Shown here piece after piece: positions 47,351 through 58,202 of a stretch of DNA of 64,000 nucleotides. The stretch covers positions 2,368,001 to 2,432,000 of the forward strand of contig CP170459.1 of assembly GCA_047947115.1 (NCBI GenBank). The letters run 5' to 3'. Numbering within the stretch: the stretch's first letter is position 1; each line of letters opens with the position of its first letter. The notes below the pieces were generated by a model, which was not told the origin of the DNA, did not search any database, and was given only the letters and a program-made list of their open reading frames with translations. The stretch comes from Verrucomicrobiota bacterium. Its GTDB lineage: Bacteria > Verrucomicrobiota > Verrucomicrobiia > Limisphaerales > AAA164-E04. The position numbers and the translations under genes are program-made.

Positions 47351-50300
47351 AGTGTTCATTAAGTCTTTCGGCCTTCCTTTGGATGGTTTGTCTTCATTGG
47401 TCACTGATCAAGGTGCATTCATTGCAAGCTGCTTCTCACTGGCAAAAGGAGGAGGGTTTTCAGTTCCGCGAAATTCCTTCTTCGGTCATCCATCATGGTT
47501 CCGGCAGAGAGGTCGGTTGGACATTGCTTTCAGCGGAAGAAACAGGTGTTCGCTTTCAGAATCTTCTGTCAGATGAGGACATTGTCCGTAATCAGAATTT
47601 CATGAACGGATCCGGTCTTGCCGCCGGTGATTACGATGGAGACGGATGGTGTGATTTGTATTTCTGCTCGATCACTGGTTCCAATGCTTTGTATCGCAAT
47701 CTGGGTAATGGGCGATTTGCCGATGTAACAAAGGATGCCGGGGTAGCCATGGATGGATTGGCATCAACCGGAGCGGTTTTGGTGGACGTGAATCATGATG
47801 GACAGCTGGATCTTTTGGTGGCGACACTGGGGCAAGGGGTGCATTCATGGATCAATCAGGGGAACGGAATCTTTCGTGAAACCACTGCGGAAGCCGGTTT
47901 GCAGTCTGAGTTTGGCAGCACCAGCATGGCTTTGGGGGATGTGGACGGTGATGGCGATTTGGATCTCTATGTGACCAACTATGGGGAGATTCCCATCGTC
48001 AATTCCGGCGGGAGCGCCAAACTCAAACGCGTGAATGGTCAATGGGTGGTCACCGGTCCTTTTGCCAAACGGCTTCGCGTCGTCAATGGAAAGTTGGAGG
48101 AACTGGGTGAACCGGATGTGCTTTATCTGAACGATGGGACAGCTGGGTTTGAAGCGGTTTCCTGGCAGTCTGACAGGTTTCTAGATGCCAACGGACAACG
48201 CCTGGAAGAACCCAGGGAATTTGGTCTGGGGGTGCAGATGCGGGATGTCGATCTGGATGGTGATCTGGATATTTACATCTGCAACGATTTTCAATCGCCG
48301 GATCGATTCTGGTTGAATCAAGGCGACGGACATTTCAGAGCCATACCTCCTTTGGCAATGCGAAAACAAAGTTACGCCTCCATGGGGGTGGATTTTGCCG
48401 ACCTGGACCGGGATGGGTTTCTCGATTTTTTTGTGGTGGAAATGCTGGCCCGTGATCACTTCGGCCGCATGACACAGGTCGCCGGGCTGAGGCCCGAAAT
48501 TCCGTATCCCGCCCGCATCCTGAATCGTCCTGAAGTGGCCCGGAACACGCTCTTTAAAAACCTGGGTGACGGAACCTATGCCGAAGTGGCCAATTTCGCG
48601 GGACTTTCTGCAACTGATTGGTCCTGGCAGCCGGTTTTTCTCGATGTGGACCTGGATGGTTTTGAGGATGTTCTGGTGGTCAATGGGATGCCCTACGATA
48701 CGCAGGATCGCGATACCTTGGAGGCCATACGATCCGGCGGCAAGCAGTCGGTGGAGCAGTCAAGGAGCAATGTGCTCCGTTATCCGGACAGAAAAGCCAC
48801 CAACATGGCATTTCGAAACACAGGTGATTGGAGGTTTGAAGATCAATCAGAAGACTGGGGCTTCCACCACCCTGGGATCACTCATGGCGTGGTTCTTGCC
48901 GATCTGGACAACGACGGTGATCAGGACGTCATCACCAACAATCTCAATGAATCTCCCCACATTTATCGAAATGATGCGATCGCTTCCCGGCTGGCTGTGC
49001 GCCTCCAGGGAAGTGTTCGGAACACGCAGGGGATAGGGGCTCTGGTTGAAGTCTCCGCACCCGGTCGGCGCAAGCAGATGCGGCAGATGATGGCCGGAGG
49101 CAGGTATCTGGGGGGAGATGCGGCTTTGCTGACTTTCGCGTGCGGCGAAACAGAATCTCCGGTGACACTTCGAGTTGCCTGGCCCGGAGGCAAGGTCTCC
49201 GTTGTGAAGAATGCCTGCGCCAACCGTGAGTATCTGATTTTGGAAGATACCGGTCGCGCAGATACTGCAAGTCGCGATGCATCGCCTCAGAAGGTGCCCG
49301 TTTTCAAGGATGTGAGTGACCGCATTCATCACACGCATCAGGAAGAACTATTCAATGACTTCACACGTCAACCCATGTTGCCCCGATTGGAAAGCCAACA
49401 AGGTCCCGGGGTTGCCTGGTGTGACCTGGATGATGACGGATTGGAAGAGTTGGTGGTGGGGGCCGGGAGAGGGGGGGTGGTTTCTGTGTGGCAATGTGAT
49501 GTGGAAGGCAAGATTCTGCAGATTGCGCCCGAGAATCCATGGATCGCACCGGACGATACATTGGGAATGACCGCATGGAGCTGGCAGGATGGTTCGAGTT
49601 CGGTGCTGTTCGCGGTTTCCCAGCATGAGAGGGGGAATCGTTCAGGGACTGCTGTGAAGGAACTTTCTCTGAATCAGGATGGGTTGTTTGCCATCAAAGA
49701 TGTCAAAGAGGTGGCGACGGTCGTGTCCAGTCCCGGCGCGCTTGCAGGTGCGGATTTTGATCTGGATGGCGATCTGGATTTGTTTGTCGGAGGCAGGTGT
49801 ATTCCGGGACGATACCCGCTTCCCGCTGATTCCCGGCTGTTCCGTCAGGAAGGAGGAACACTTGTCGAACATGAGGCTGCCCAAATGTTGTTGCAGGGGA
49901 TCGGGATGGTTCAGGGCGCGGTGTGGAGTGATTTGAACCGCGATGGTGCTCCGGAACTCGTGGTCGCCTGCGAATGGGGTGCCATTCGAATCTTTTACAA
50001 CAACAAGGGAGTATTGGCAGCGTGGAATCCGGACGTGATCTGGGGAGGGGAAGGCGGGGGATTGCGAAAACCACTTTCCGACTGGACCGGATGGTGGCGC
50101 GGAATCAGTGCCGGGGATTTTGATGAGGATGGTCGAATGGACTTGGTGGTGGCCAATTGGGGGTTGAACGACGGGTATGCGACGAGTTTCCAGCATCCGT
50201 TGGAATTGTATTTTGGCGATTTCAGCGGCTCTGGCAGAACGGATCTGATGGAAACCATGTTTTCTGCCGAGCTCAATGCGCAGGTTCCGGTCCGGAATTT

Positions 50301-51069
50301 CAACGAACTGAGACAGAATGTGCCGGGGTTTCAGTCATTTGGAAATCATCGGAATTTCAGTCATGCAACCGTGAGTGATCTTCTCGCCCAACTCCCGCAG
50401 ACAACGCGGAAGGTTGGCGCTGCCGTATTGCATTCCGTTATCCTGTTGAATCGTGGGACGCACTTTGAAATGATTCCTCTCCCGAACGAAGCGCAGTGGG
50501 CTCCTGCATTTTCGGTTCATGTTGCAGACATTGACAACGATGGCCATGAAGATGTGTTTCTGAGTCAAAACTTCTTTGCCACCCGGCCCCTCTGGCCCCG
50601 CTTGGACGCTGGAAGCGGGCTGTGGTTGAAAGGGGACGGAACCGGAAGATTGAAGGCCCTGTTGCCGAGGCAATCCGGCGTGAGGGTTTACGGTGAGCAG
50701 CGAGGCGCTGCCGTGGCTGATTTTAATGGCGATGGAAAGGTCGATTTTGTGGTCAGCCAAAACGCAGCCGAAACCAGGATGCACCAGAACCAGACCGACC
50801 GACCGGGCTTGCGCGTGCGACTGCATGGACCCGGAGGAAATCCGCGTGGTTTTGGCGCCCTTATTCGCCTGGAGACCACCCTTGGGATGGGGCCTGCCCG
50901 GGAAGTACATGCCGGCTCCGGTTACGGATCGCAGGATGGAGCGATCCATGTGCTTGGATTCAGTGGGACGCCTACAAGATTGCATGTTTTTTGGCCCGGA
51001 GGCGTTCATTCGGTGGTTGATTTGAATTCGAATCAGTTGACAGTGGAGGCTTCGTATCCGGACAAATGA
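47347..51069 (+). CDS. FG-GAP/VCBS repeat + two ASPIC/UnbV-like domains
   Basis: ATGA overlap with the previous gene; DxDGDGxxD repeats; VAWPGG and VFWPGG ASPIC-like segments. Confidence 0.9.
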   Translation: MKCSLSLSAFLWMVCLHWSLIKVHSLQAASHWQKEEGFQFREIPSSVIHHGSGREVGWTLLSAEETGVRFQNLLSDEDIVRNQNFMNGSGLAAGDYDGDGWCDLYFCSITGSNALYRNLGNGRFADVTKDAGVAMDGLASTGAVLVDVNHDGQLDLLVATLGQGVHSWINQGNGIFRETTAEAGLQSEFGSTSMALGDVDGDGDLDLYVTNYGEIPIVNSGGSAKLKRVNGQWVVTGPFAKRLRVVNGKLEELGEPDVLYLNDGTAGFEAVSWQSDRFLDANGQRLEEPREFGLGVQMRDVDLDGDLDIYICNDFQSPDRFWLNQGDGHFRAIPPLAMRKQSYASMGVDFADLDRDGFLDFFVVEMLARDHFGRMTQVAGLRPEIPYPARILNRPEVARNTLFKNLGDGTYAEVANFAGLSATDWSWQPVFLDVDLDGFEDVLVVNGMPYDTQDRDTLEAIRSGGKQSVEQSRSNVLRYPDRKATNMAFRNTGDWRFEDQSEDWGFHHPGITHGVVLADLDNDGDQDVITNNLNESPHIYRNDAIASRLAVRLQGSVRNTQGIGALVEVSAPGRRKQMRQMMAGGRYLGGDAALLTFACGETESPVTLRVAWPGGKVSVVKNACANREYLILEDTGRADTASRDASPQKVPVFKDVSDRIHHTHQEELFNDFTRQPMLPRLESQQGPGVAWCDLDDDGLEELVVGAGRGGVVSVWQCDVEGKILQIAPENPWIAPDDTLGMTAWSWQDGSSSVLFAVSQHERGNRSGTAVKELSLNQDGLFAIKDVKEVATVVSSPGALAGADFDLDGDLDLFVGGRCIPGRYPLPADSRLFRQEGGTLVEHEAAQMLLQGIGMVQGAVWSDLNRDGAPELVVACEWGAIRIFYNNKGVLAAWNPDVIWGGEGGGLRKPLSDWTGWWRGISAGDFDEDGRMDLVVANWGLNDGYATSFQHPLELYFGDFSGSGRTDLMETMFSAELNAQVPVRNFNELRQNVPGFQSFGNHRNFSHATVSDLLAQLPQTTRKVGAAVLHSVILLNRGTHFEMIPLPNEAQWAPAFSVHVADIDNDGHEDVFLSQNFFATRPLWPRLDAGSGLWLKGDGTGRLKALLPRQSGVRVYGEQRGAAVADFNGDGKVDFVVSQNAAETRMHQNQTDRPGLRVRLHGPGGNPRGFGALIRLETTLGMGPAREVHAGSGYGSQDGAIHVLGFSGTPTRLHVFWPGGVHSVVDLNSNQLTVEASYPDK

Positions 51070-51113
51070 GTTTTTAACCTGGATAACTCCTTTTCTTGGG
51101 CTACGTTGTCCGC

Positions 51114-51314
51114 ATGAAACGTCATGCTGTCCAGGCTTGGCTCCTTTGTTGCTTTTTGATCTTCCTCTGGGTCTGTTATTACCTCTGGGGTGGAGATGGC
51201 TTGTTGGTTGGCAATGTCTTTGGCGGTTCCGTGTATATGGCGCTTTCTTACCTGATTGATCAACGCCTTGGCAAATGTTCCAAAGGGCTTCAACACATTC
51301 CCTGGTGGAAATAA
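51114..51314 (+). CDS. Small hypothetical membrane protein
   Basis: 66 aa with two hydrophobic segments, co-oriented downstream of the FG-GAP genes. Confidence 0.45.
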   Translation: MKRHAVQAWLLCCFLIFLWVCYYLWGGDGLLVGNVFGGSVYMALSYLIDQRLGKCSKGLQHIPWWK

Positions 51315-51315
51315 T

Positions 51316-51861
51316 TTAAACGGCCATCGCTTTGCTGGGCTTCTGCCCGGGACGCTTGCGATATGCAATAAAGAATCCAATGAGCAGGACTGTTGCCAGG
51401 CATGTTTCGCCGGGTTCGGGAACAGTGGCCCCCGTTTGACCCGCCACCATCATATCCGATAAGTTTGCCACTGCAAAATCCGTAATGGTCAGGTGATTGT
51501 TTTCTGAGTTGTAAAATACACCTATCCATCCGACTTGGGATGTTGTGCTGTTGACCTGTCCGATATAGCTCTTGGTGGTCCCGTCCTGACCATACCAGGG
51601 AGAACTCTCAATTCTGTTGTATGCAATGGTGGAGCTGACAGGGTCGATCGATCCGGTGCTGCTGATCAGCTGCCCCGCCTCAAGCAAGGTTACCCATGAT
51701 GAACCCACTTCATGCACACCCCATGAATTGTGAAAATCCATGTAAGCAAATGGCCGGAACCATTGTGCAAGACCACATCATCAATGTCGTAATAAACAAT
51801 GGAAGCTAAAGCGGTATAGTTTGCTAAAGTATATAATGAAAGAAATTCAATAGATATATTG
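51316..51861 (-). pseudogene. PEP-CTERM protein, 5' end disrupted
   Basis: C-terminal VPEP + TM + RKR in ORF 51316-51741; a likely N-terminus (…ANYTALA|SIVYYDIDDVVL) lies in a different frame with no in-frame start. Confidence 0.65.
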
Positions 51862-52015
51862 CATAATTAATACCATCTCTTTGTAAAAAGAAAAAGTCAA
51901 TAAATAAAATAACAAGGAATAAAATTTTTAAAACAAGACAAATAATCTGAAATCCGACAAGAAAGTCGGTGATATGGTGCCGCGGTGTTGTTAGCCACGG
52001 ACGGGGTGGGGGCAT

Positions 52016-53512
52016 TTAATGATTCAACAACTTCTTCATTATTTCGGCTTTGGAAGGGCGTGGGCGGACCCGGGCAGGGGTGACGCCTCCGGTGGTACGG
52101 TCGAATTCATCGGGCGTGCGCACTTCGGGGATGTGATCATTTGTATCCACCCGCCACTGTTTGAAGACGGCTTGATGTTTTCTCAACACGCTCGCATAGG
52201 CAGGGTCATCGGCCAGGTTATGCATTTCGTAAGGATCTTTGATCAGGTCGTAGAGTTCTTCTTTCGGTCGAGGCAGGGTCAGGCATTGTTGTTGGTGTGA
52301 GGCCAATTGGCCTTTTTGATGAAGTCTCAGCATGGCTTGAAAAACAGGGCCGCGCACCGCATCCGCAGGAGGGGTCATGGGCAGGTCGTCGTAGTCGTTG
52401 AAAATGTATTTATAGTGATGCGACCGAACGGCCCGTGAATGATCCTCGTAATCATGCCAATGCTTTTCCGCAAAACAATAGTCGCGGATGGGGGTGTTTG
52501 GATGTGTCAACAACGGGGCAAACGAAATGCCGTCCATATTCTCAGGAACCGGCAAACCGGCAAGATCAAGAAATCCTGCTCCCAGATCAATGGAACTCAC
52601 CAACTCCTTGCAGATTGTTCCTGCCTTGATCTTGTTTTTCCATACCGCAAACATCGGTGTGCGAATGCCGCTGTCATACAGAGTTGTTTTGTCTCTCGGA
52701 AACGGTCGTCCGTTGTCACTGATCAAGACCATCAGCGTGTTGTCGGCAATGCCTTGTTCCTGCACGGCGTCCATGATCCCTCCGACGAATCGATCAAATC
52801 TGGTAGCTTCGTCATAATAGAGCGCCAGATCCTTGCGCACTTCCAAAGTGTCCGGGAGGTACGGGGGGACGATGACGTCTTCCGGGCGATGCGGGTTTTC
52901 GAGGATGCCTTCATCGTAGGGGCGATGTGGATCCAGCGCGGCCAGCCAAAGGAAAAAAGGGCGATCTTTGGGGCGTGCATTCAGCGCGGTCAACCAGTCG
53001 GCACAGCCACTCTTGGCATCCCCAACCGCTGTTTCCTGAAATTTGCCCGCCTCCGCTGCTTTGCCTGAGGGGAGTTGGAATCCAGATGTGTCCACTTCCC
53101 AGATCCGGTCGAAACGATCTTTGACAGCATCCCCCAAGTGCCATTTGCCCGCTGCTGCCGTCCAATAACCCGCTGTGCGCAACCGTTCCACAAATGTGGT
53201 TTTGTCCGCCGGAAGCGGCCAATGCAATTGCTCGGCGTCGGTGTGATGAGGGTAGCGTCCTGTAATGATGCTCGAGCGACTGGCGCTGCAGGAGCTGATG
53301 GTCAGGAAGGCACGATCAAATCGCATGCCTGATTCCGCCATGCGCGTCAGGTTGGGGGTTCGAATGGTTGGGTGGCCGTAAGGTTGACTGTCATCCCAGG
53401 CCAGGTCGTCCGCAATCATGAAAATGATGTTGGGTGATTGTACTGCCGCGTGTCCGGTCCGAAACGACAACAATACGTATGTCGCAACGATGAGCATGGT
53501 CCATTTGTGCAT
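52016..53512 (-). CDS. Sulfatase (Cys/FGly type)
   Basis: PNIIFMIADD, CSASRSSIITG, GKWH, PHRPY, SDNG, ELYDL..DPYE. Confidence 0.93.
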   Translation of the reverse strand: MHKWTMLIVATYVLLSFRTGHAAVQSPNIIFMIADDLAWDDSQPYGHPTIRTPNLTRMAESGMRFDRAFLTISSCSASRSSIITGRYPHHTDAEQLHWPLPADKTTFVERLRTAGYWTAAAGKWHLGDAVKDRFDRIWEVDTSGFQLPSGKAAEAGKFQETAVGDAKSGCADWLTALNARPKDRPFFLWLAALDPHRPYDEGILENPHRPEDVIVPPYLPDTLEVRKDLALYYDEATRFDRFVGGIMDAVQEQGIADNTLMVLISDNGRPFPRDKTTLYDSGIRTPMFAVWKNKIKAGTICKELVSSIDLGAGFLDLAGLPVPENMDGISFAPLLTHPNTPIRDYCFAEKHWHDYEDHSRAVRSHHYKYIFNDYDDLPMTPPADAVRGPVFQAMLRLHQKGQLASHQQQCLTLPRPKEELYDLIKDPYEMHNLADDPAYASVLRKHQAVFKQWRVDTNDHIPEVRTPDEFDRTTGGVTPARVRPRPSKAEIMKKLLNH

Positions 53513-53664
53513 GCAGGGAAACCTATAGGAAGCCCCGGGCAAAATCGAGAATCGATTTGCAGGTAGATCGGACCGTCCGGGGCCGTCCGGGTTAGCTATG
53601 CGGATGTTTAAATGGTGAAACCTGAAACTTGCGGAGGGGGGCGAATGTTTGGCAGGATGTGGGA

Positions 53665-55026
53665 ATGAACCCTTCAGAGTTTGGTGCCAAGAGCAGAGTC
53701 AATCGTCGTCGGTTTGTGAAGCGTGGTTTGGGCGCGCTGGCCGTGGGGAGTATTGGTTTTCCAGCCGTTGTTTCCTCGGCGGCTCCCAATAGCAAGTTGA
53801 ACATCGCCGGTATTGGTGTCGGAGGGCGAGGGGGGCACAACATCGGGCAGATGGCCGGCGAAAACGTGGTCGCCATCTGCGATGTCAACGCCCACAACCT
53901 GGCAGCGTCCGCCAAGAAGTTTCCCAACGCCCGTCCATTCCGTGATTTCCGGGAGTTGTATGCGGCGGATATGGATTTTGATGCGGTGGTGGTGAGTACG
54001 ACCGAACATACGCATGCCTTTGCCACCTTGCCTGCTTTGAAACGCGGGAAACATGTCTATTGCGAAAAGCCTCTGACCCGGGACGTCTACGAGGCGCGTA
54101 TGATCACCGAAGCCGCTGCTAAAGCAGGTGTGGCCACACAGATGGGAACCCAGATTCATGCGGGGGACAACTATCGCCGGGTGGTGGAATTGATTCAAAG
54201 CGGCGCCATCGGGACGGTCTCAGAAGCGCACGTCTGGGTCTCACGCGCCTGGGGCTGGCAGGGGAAAGCCGATGCGGAGGCCAATCGAGATCTGGTGTGG
54301 AGTTATGAGCCTCCCAAGGAATCTATGCCGGTGCCGGATCATGTGGATTGGGATCTGTGGATCGGGCCTGCGCCATGGCGGCCTTATCATGAGATTTATT
54401 TTCCCGGTCCAAAGTGGTATCGTTGGTGGGATTTTGGCAACGGAACCATGTCTGATCTTGGCAGTCACTGGAATGATCTGCCGTTTTGGGCATTGAATCT
54501 GGATGCGCCTACTTCGGTGCGAGCCTGGGGACCGCCGCCGCATCCTGAGATTGCTCCCGCATCCATGTCTGCCGAATACACTTATCCTGCCAGGGAGGGG
54601 CGCGCCGGACTGAAGCTGACATGGCATCAGGGAGCGAACAAACCGGACATCTGGAAGCGTGGTGAAATTCCCCAATGGGGTAACGGCGTGTTGTTCATCG
54701 GTGACGAAGGGATGTTGTTGTCCGATTACGGAAAACATGTGTTGTTACCCGAGGGGCGATTCTTGAACTTTAAACGTCCGGACCCCTGGATTCCCAAATC
54801 CATCGGGCATCATCAGGAATGGATTCATGCCTGTAAAACGGGCGCGCCAACGACTTGTCATTTTGGCTACGCCGGTCCGCTGACCGAAGCGAATCATTTG
54901 GGGAACGTGGCCTATCGCATCGACAAGACCATTGAATGGGATCACGCCGCCATGCGCATGCCCAATCTGGACCTCGATCAACGTTACCTGAAGCGTGAAT
55001 ACCGAGATGGCTGGACGTTGGCTTAG
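53665..55026 (+). CDS. Gfo/Idh/MocA oxidoreductase with Tat signal
   Basis: [37 protein letters not shown]. Confidence 0.92.
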   Translation: MNPSEFGAKSRVNRRRFVKRGLGALAVGSIGFPAVVSSAAPNSKLNIAGIGVGGRGGHNIGQMAGENVVAICDVNAHNLAASAKKFPNARPFRDFRELYAADMDFDAVVVSTTEHTHAFATLPALKRGKHVYCEKPLTRDVYEARMITEAAAKAGVATQMGTQIHAGDNYRRVVELIQSGAIGTVSEAHVWVSRAWGWQGKADAEANRDLVWSYEPPKESMPVPDHVDWDLWIGPAPWRPYHEIYFPGPKWYRWWDFGNGTMSDLGSHWNDLPFWALNLDAPTSVRAWGPPPHPEIAPASMSAEYTYPAREGRAGLKLTWHQGANKPDIWKRGEIPQWGNGVLFIGDEGMLLSDYGKHVLLPEGRFLNFKRPDPWIPKSIGHHQEWIHACKTGAPTTCHFGYAGPLTEANHLGNVAYRIDKTIEWDHAAMRMPNLDLDQRYLKREYRDGWTLA

Positions 55027-55049
55027 ATGCGTCATTCAAACACGGAACA

Positions 55050-56462
55050 ATGGCCTATCCTGTTTTGACATTAAAGGGCATGCGCGACTGGGAGAAAAGG
55101 ACCTGGGTGCGGGGCGTGCAAGAATCTGATGTCATCGCCCAGGTGGGGCGACGTATTGCGGAACGGATCATGGAGATGACCTCTCCCGGTGATTCGGTTT
55201 TGTTGCTTGCAGGAAAGGGCCACAATGGCGACGACGTTTGCGCTGCCTGCCCGTGGATTTTCCAGCGTAGCGTCACGTTGATCCGCTTGCGTCATCCGGA
55301 AGAACAGATGGCGGCTTTGGATTCCTCGTTGGCAGAGCTGCCGGACCTGGTGGTGGAGGGGCTTTTTGGAATTGGTTTGAACCGCGCATTGGAAGGCGCT
55401 TGGGCGGATGTGGTTCATCGGATCAATGCCTCAGCGGAGACTTTGGTTTCTATTGATATTCCTTCAGGTTTACATGCTGATTCAGGGCCTTCTCTGGGAT
55501 GTGCGATTCGGGCGGACCAGACCTGGACGGTCGGGGCTCCAAAAGCAGGTATGCTGGTTCAAGGGGCCAGTGATTATGTGGGGCGGATGAGTGTTCTGTC
55601 TGATGTGGGATTGGTTGATTGGGATGGTTCTGACTTTGGGAGCAGCGATCTGCTTTGGGGGGATGCGCACGATTTTGTGGGGTGGCCACCTAAGCGTCCT
55701 TTGGAATCCCATAAAGGAAGTCATGGCTGTGTGCAAATATATGCGGGCAGTCGTGGATACCATGGAGCAGCGGTTCTGACGGCACGCGGAGCCTCCCGAG
55801 CCCGACCGGGATTGGTGGAGTTGATGACGCATGTTTCGTCGTATGATGGCGTGGCTTTGCAGTTGCAGAACGTCATGGTCCATGCTTTTGAAAGACACCT
55901 TCTCCTTTCACCAAAATCCACCGCCGTGGTGATCGGACCCGGCCTGGCATCGAATGATATCGACGTGGAAGTTAAAATCCAGGTCGGGGAAATATGGCAG
56001 AACTGTTCGGTTCCGGTGGTGGTGGACGCGTCTGCGTTGGATTGGTTGCCTTCTTCTGAAGAAGCTTTCGAGATGCCCCGGGTGATCACTCCTCATCCAG
56101 GCGAGGCCGCACGGATGCTGGGTGTTTCCAATCAGGATATTCAGGCGGATCGTCTTGCCGCTCTGCGAGCACTCTCTTTAAAATATGGTCAATGTTGGGT
56201 GGTGTTGAAAGGGCATCACACCTTGATCGGGCGCGCGTCCGGACCGGTTTACATCAATGCATCGGGGAATCCCAATCTGGCTCAGGGAGGGGCGGGGGAT
56301 ATTCTGGCCGGATACTTGGGAGGATTGCTCGCGCAGCACGAAAAGTCGAACGACCCAGAAATGGTTTTAAGGTACGCAGTATGGGCGCACGGGCGCGCGG
56401 CAGATCGATGCCAGTTGTTCATGGATTCCTGGGATATTAACCAGTTGCCCGAATGGTTGTAA
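55050..56462 (+). CDS. nnr: Bifunctional NAD(P)HX epimerase/dehydratase
   Basis: GKGHNGDD, DIPSGL, SHKGSHG, VVDASAL, ITPHPGEA, GGAGDILAG. Confidence 0.9.
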   Translation: MAYPVLTLKGMRDWEKRTWVRGVQESDVIAQVGRRIAERIMEMTSPGDSVLLLAGKGHNGDDVCAACPWIFQRSVTLIRLRHPEEQMAALDSSLAELPDLVVEGLFGIGLNRALEGAWADVVHRINASAETLVSIDIPSGLHADSGPSLGCAIRADQTWTVGAPKAGMLVQGASDYVGRMSVLSDVGLVDWDGSDFGSSDLLWGDAHDFVGWPPKRPLESHKGSHGCVQIYAGSRGYHGAAVLTARGASRARPGLVELMTHVSSYDGVALQLQNVMVHAFERHLLLSPKSTAVVIGPGLASNDIDVEVKIQVGEIWQNCSVPVVVDASALDWLPSSEEAFEMPRVITPHPGEAARMLGVSNQDIQADRLAALRALSLKYGQCWVVLKGHHTLIGRASGPVYINASGNPNLAQGGAGDILAGYLGGLLAQHEKSNDPEMVLRYAVWAHGRAADRCQLFMDSWDINQLPEWL

Positions 56463-56647
56463 GCGCATTGGGACGATAAAAGTTCGCAAAAGCTCATGAT
56501 TTCACCTGACGTGCTCCTGGTTTGTGAAGCGGGAGGGTGCGTATGATATTTTTTTAACCAAATTGATCTTGAACAGCAGGTGGCGATTCGATAGCACTCG
56601 TCTAGTCCCGGATGCGAAAAAAGGAGTAAGGGGATTCATACGTACGG

Positions 56648-57358
56648 ATGAATACAGGTAACCAACCCATAATTGAAGCCGCGCCCTTATCGGTGGAGGC
56701 GATCGTGTTTGATGTCGGAGGGACTTTGATCGAGCCTTGTCCTTCCGTCGGGCACATCTATGCGGACGTGGCATCCGGCTGTGGCCATTCTGATTTGGAT
56801 CCAACTCGATTGAATGATCAATTTGCGGAGGCCTGGAGAGCCAAAGGGGATTTTCAATACAACGAAAATGATTGGGAACGCCTGGTTATTCGTACATTCG
56901 AAGGATTGGTTTCCGAGGCAGATTGCAGAATCATGTTTCCCAAACTATATCAGCGATTTGAAGATCCCGGTGTCTGGAAGGTGCATGCAGATGTGCTGCC
57001 TACACTGGACGATCTGGCTGGCAGGGGATTTCGGCTGGGGATTGTTTCCAACTGGGACACCCGGCTGAGACCTTTGCTGGACAATCTGCGCCTGGAAGGT
57101 TTCTTTGAATTGATCAGTGTTTCCTGCGACATAGGCTTTACCAAGCCTTCGCCTGTCATCTTTGAACACACCATTTCCAAGTTCGGACTTCCGCCCGATC
57201 GGATTCTGCATGTGGGGGATGTTTATGAAGAGGATGTTATGGGGGCTCAAACTGCCGGTTTGCAGGCGTTGCATATTGATCGAACGTGTTCGGGTGAAAA
57301 AGGAAAACTGCGCCAACTGACGGATCTGATCCCTCTCGTCAAGGAAGCATGGATTTAA
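56648..57358 (+). CDS. HAD-IA family hydrolase
   Basis: FDVGGTL, VSNWD, KPSP, HVGD. Confidence 0.9.
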   Translation: MNTGNQPIIEAAPLSVEAIVFDVGGTLIEPCPSVGHIYADVASGCGHSDLDPTRLNDQFAEAWRAKGDFQYNENDWERLVIRTFEGLVSEADCRIMFPKLYQRFEDPGVWKVHADVLPTLDDLAGRGFRLGIVSNWDTRLRPLLDNLRLEGFFELISVSCDIGFTKPSPVIFEHTISKFGLPPDRILHVGDVYEEDVMGAQTAGLQALHIDRTCSGEKGKLRQLTDLIPLVKEAWI

Positions 57359-57525
57359 GTCATTCTATCGCGTGTTTTGTTAATGCCTCCCATTAACGTG
57401 TCTAATTCTTTATTCGGATCATTGACTTCCACAAGTCTAGCTTATAGACATTGAAGAGAGCTTGTGACGCGGCTGGGCCGTGTCATAGGGAGATTGAGCG
57501 ATCCATTGTCGGGATTCAAAACTGT

Positions 57526-58200
57526 ATGAACATTTTCAAAGCCATTTTTTGCTCCTCATTGGGGAAGAAGTATATCATGGGTCTGACAGGGCTTGCTCTG
57601 TTCGGGTTTGTGATTGGTCACATGGTCGGAAACCTTCAAATCTTCATGGGCCAGGAAAAGATCAATGCCTATGCGGCCATGTTGAAGTCGGTGCCCAAGC
57701 TGCTTTGGGTGGCGCGGATTGGCCTGTTGTTTTGTGTGGGACTTCACATTTGGGCGGCCAGTCAGTTGGTTCGTGAAAACCGGGCTGCGCGTCCGAGTCG
57801 TTATGAAGTGAATGATCCGACGGTTACGACGTTTGCTTCACGCACCATGATTTGGAGTGGGTTGATCGTCTTTGCATTTATCGTATACCACTTGTTTGAT
57901 TTCACGATAGCTCCCGATTATCTGGGGCACGATGCCAAGGATCGTCACGATGTTTTCAAGATGGTGATCCTGGGTTTTTCAAATCCTTTCTCTTCTCTTT
58001 TTTATATCATCGCCAACGGGCTCCTTTGTATTCACCTGAGTCATGGTGTGAAGAGTCTGTTTCAATCCCTGGGGTTCAGTACCGGGCAATTTCGCGGTTG
58101 GTTTGATCGCTTTGCGGTGGTGATTGCCTGGGTGATTTTCATCGGTAACACCTCGATTCCGGCAGCGGTGCTTCTCGGATTTGGTAAGGAGGTATTGTAA
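57526..58200 (+). CDS. sdhC: Succinate dehydrogenase cytochrome b subunit
   Basis: [19 protein letters not shown], five TM helices with His ligands, HLSHG..SLFQSLG. Confidence 0.92.
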   Translation: MNIFKAIFCSSLGKKYIMGLTGLALFGFVIGHMVGNLQIFMGQEKINAYAAMLKSVPKLLWVARIGLLFCVGLHIWAASQLVRENRAARPSRYEVNDPTVTTFASRTMIWSGLIVFAFIVYHLFDFTIAPDYLGHDAKDRHDVFKMVILGFSNPFSSLFYIIANGLLCIHLSHGVKSLFQSLGFSTGQFRGWFDRFAVVIAWVIFIGNTSIPAAVLLGFGKEVL

Positions 58201-58202
58201 TC

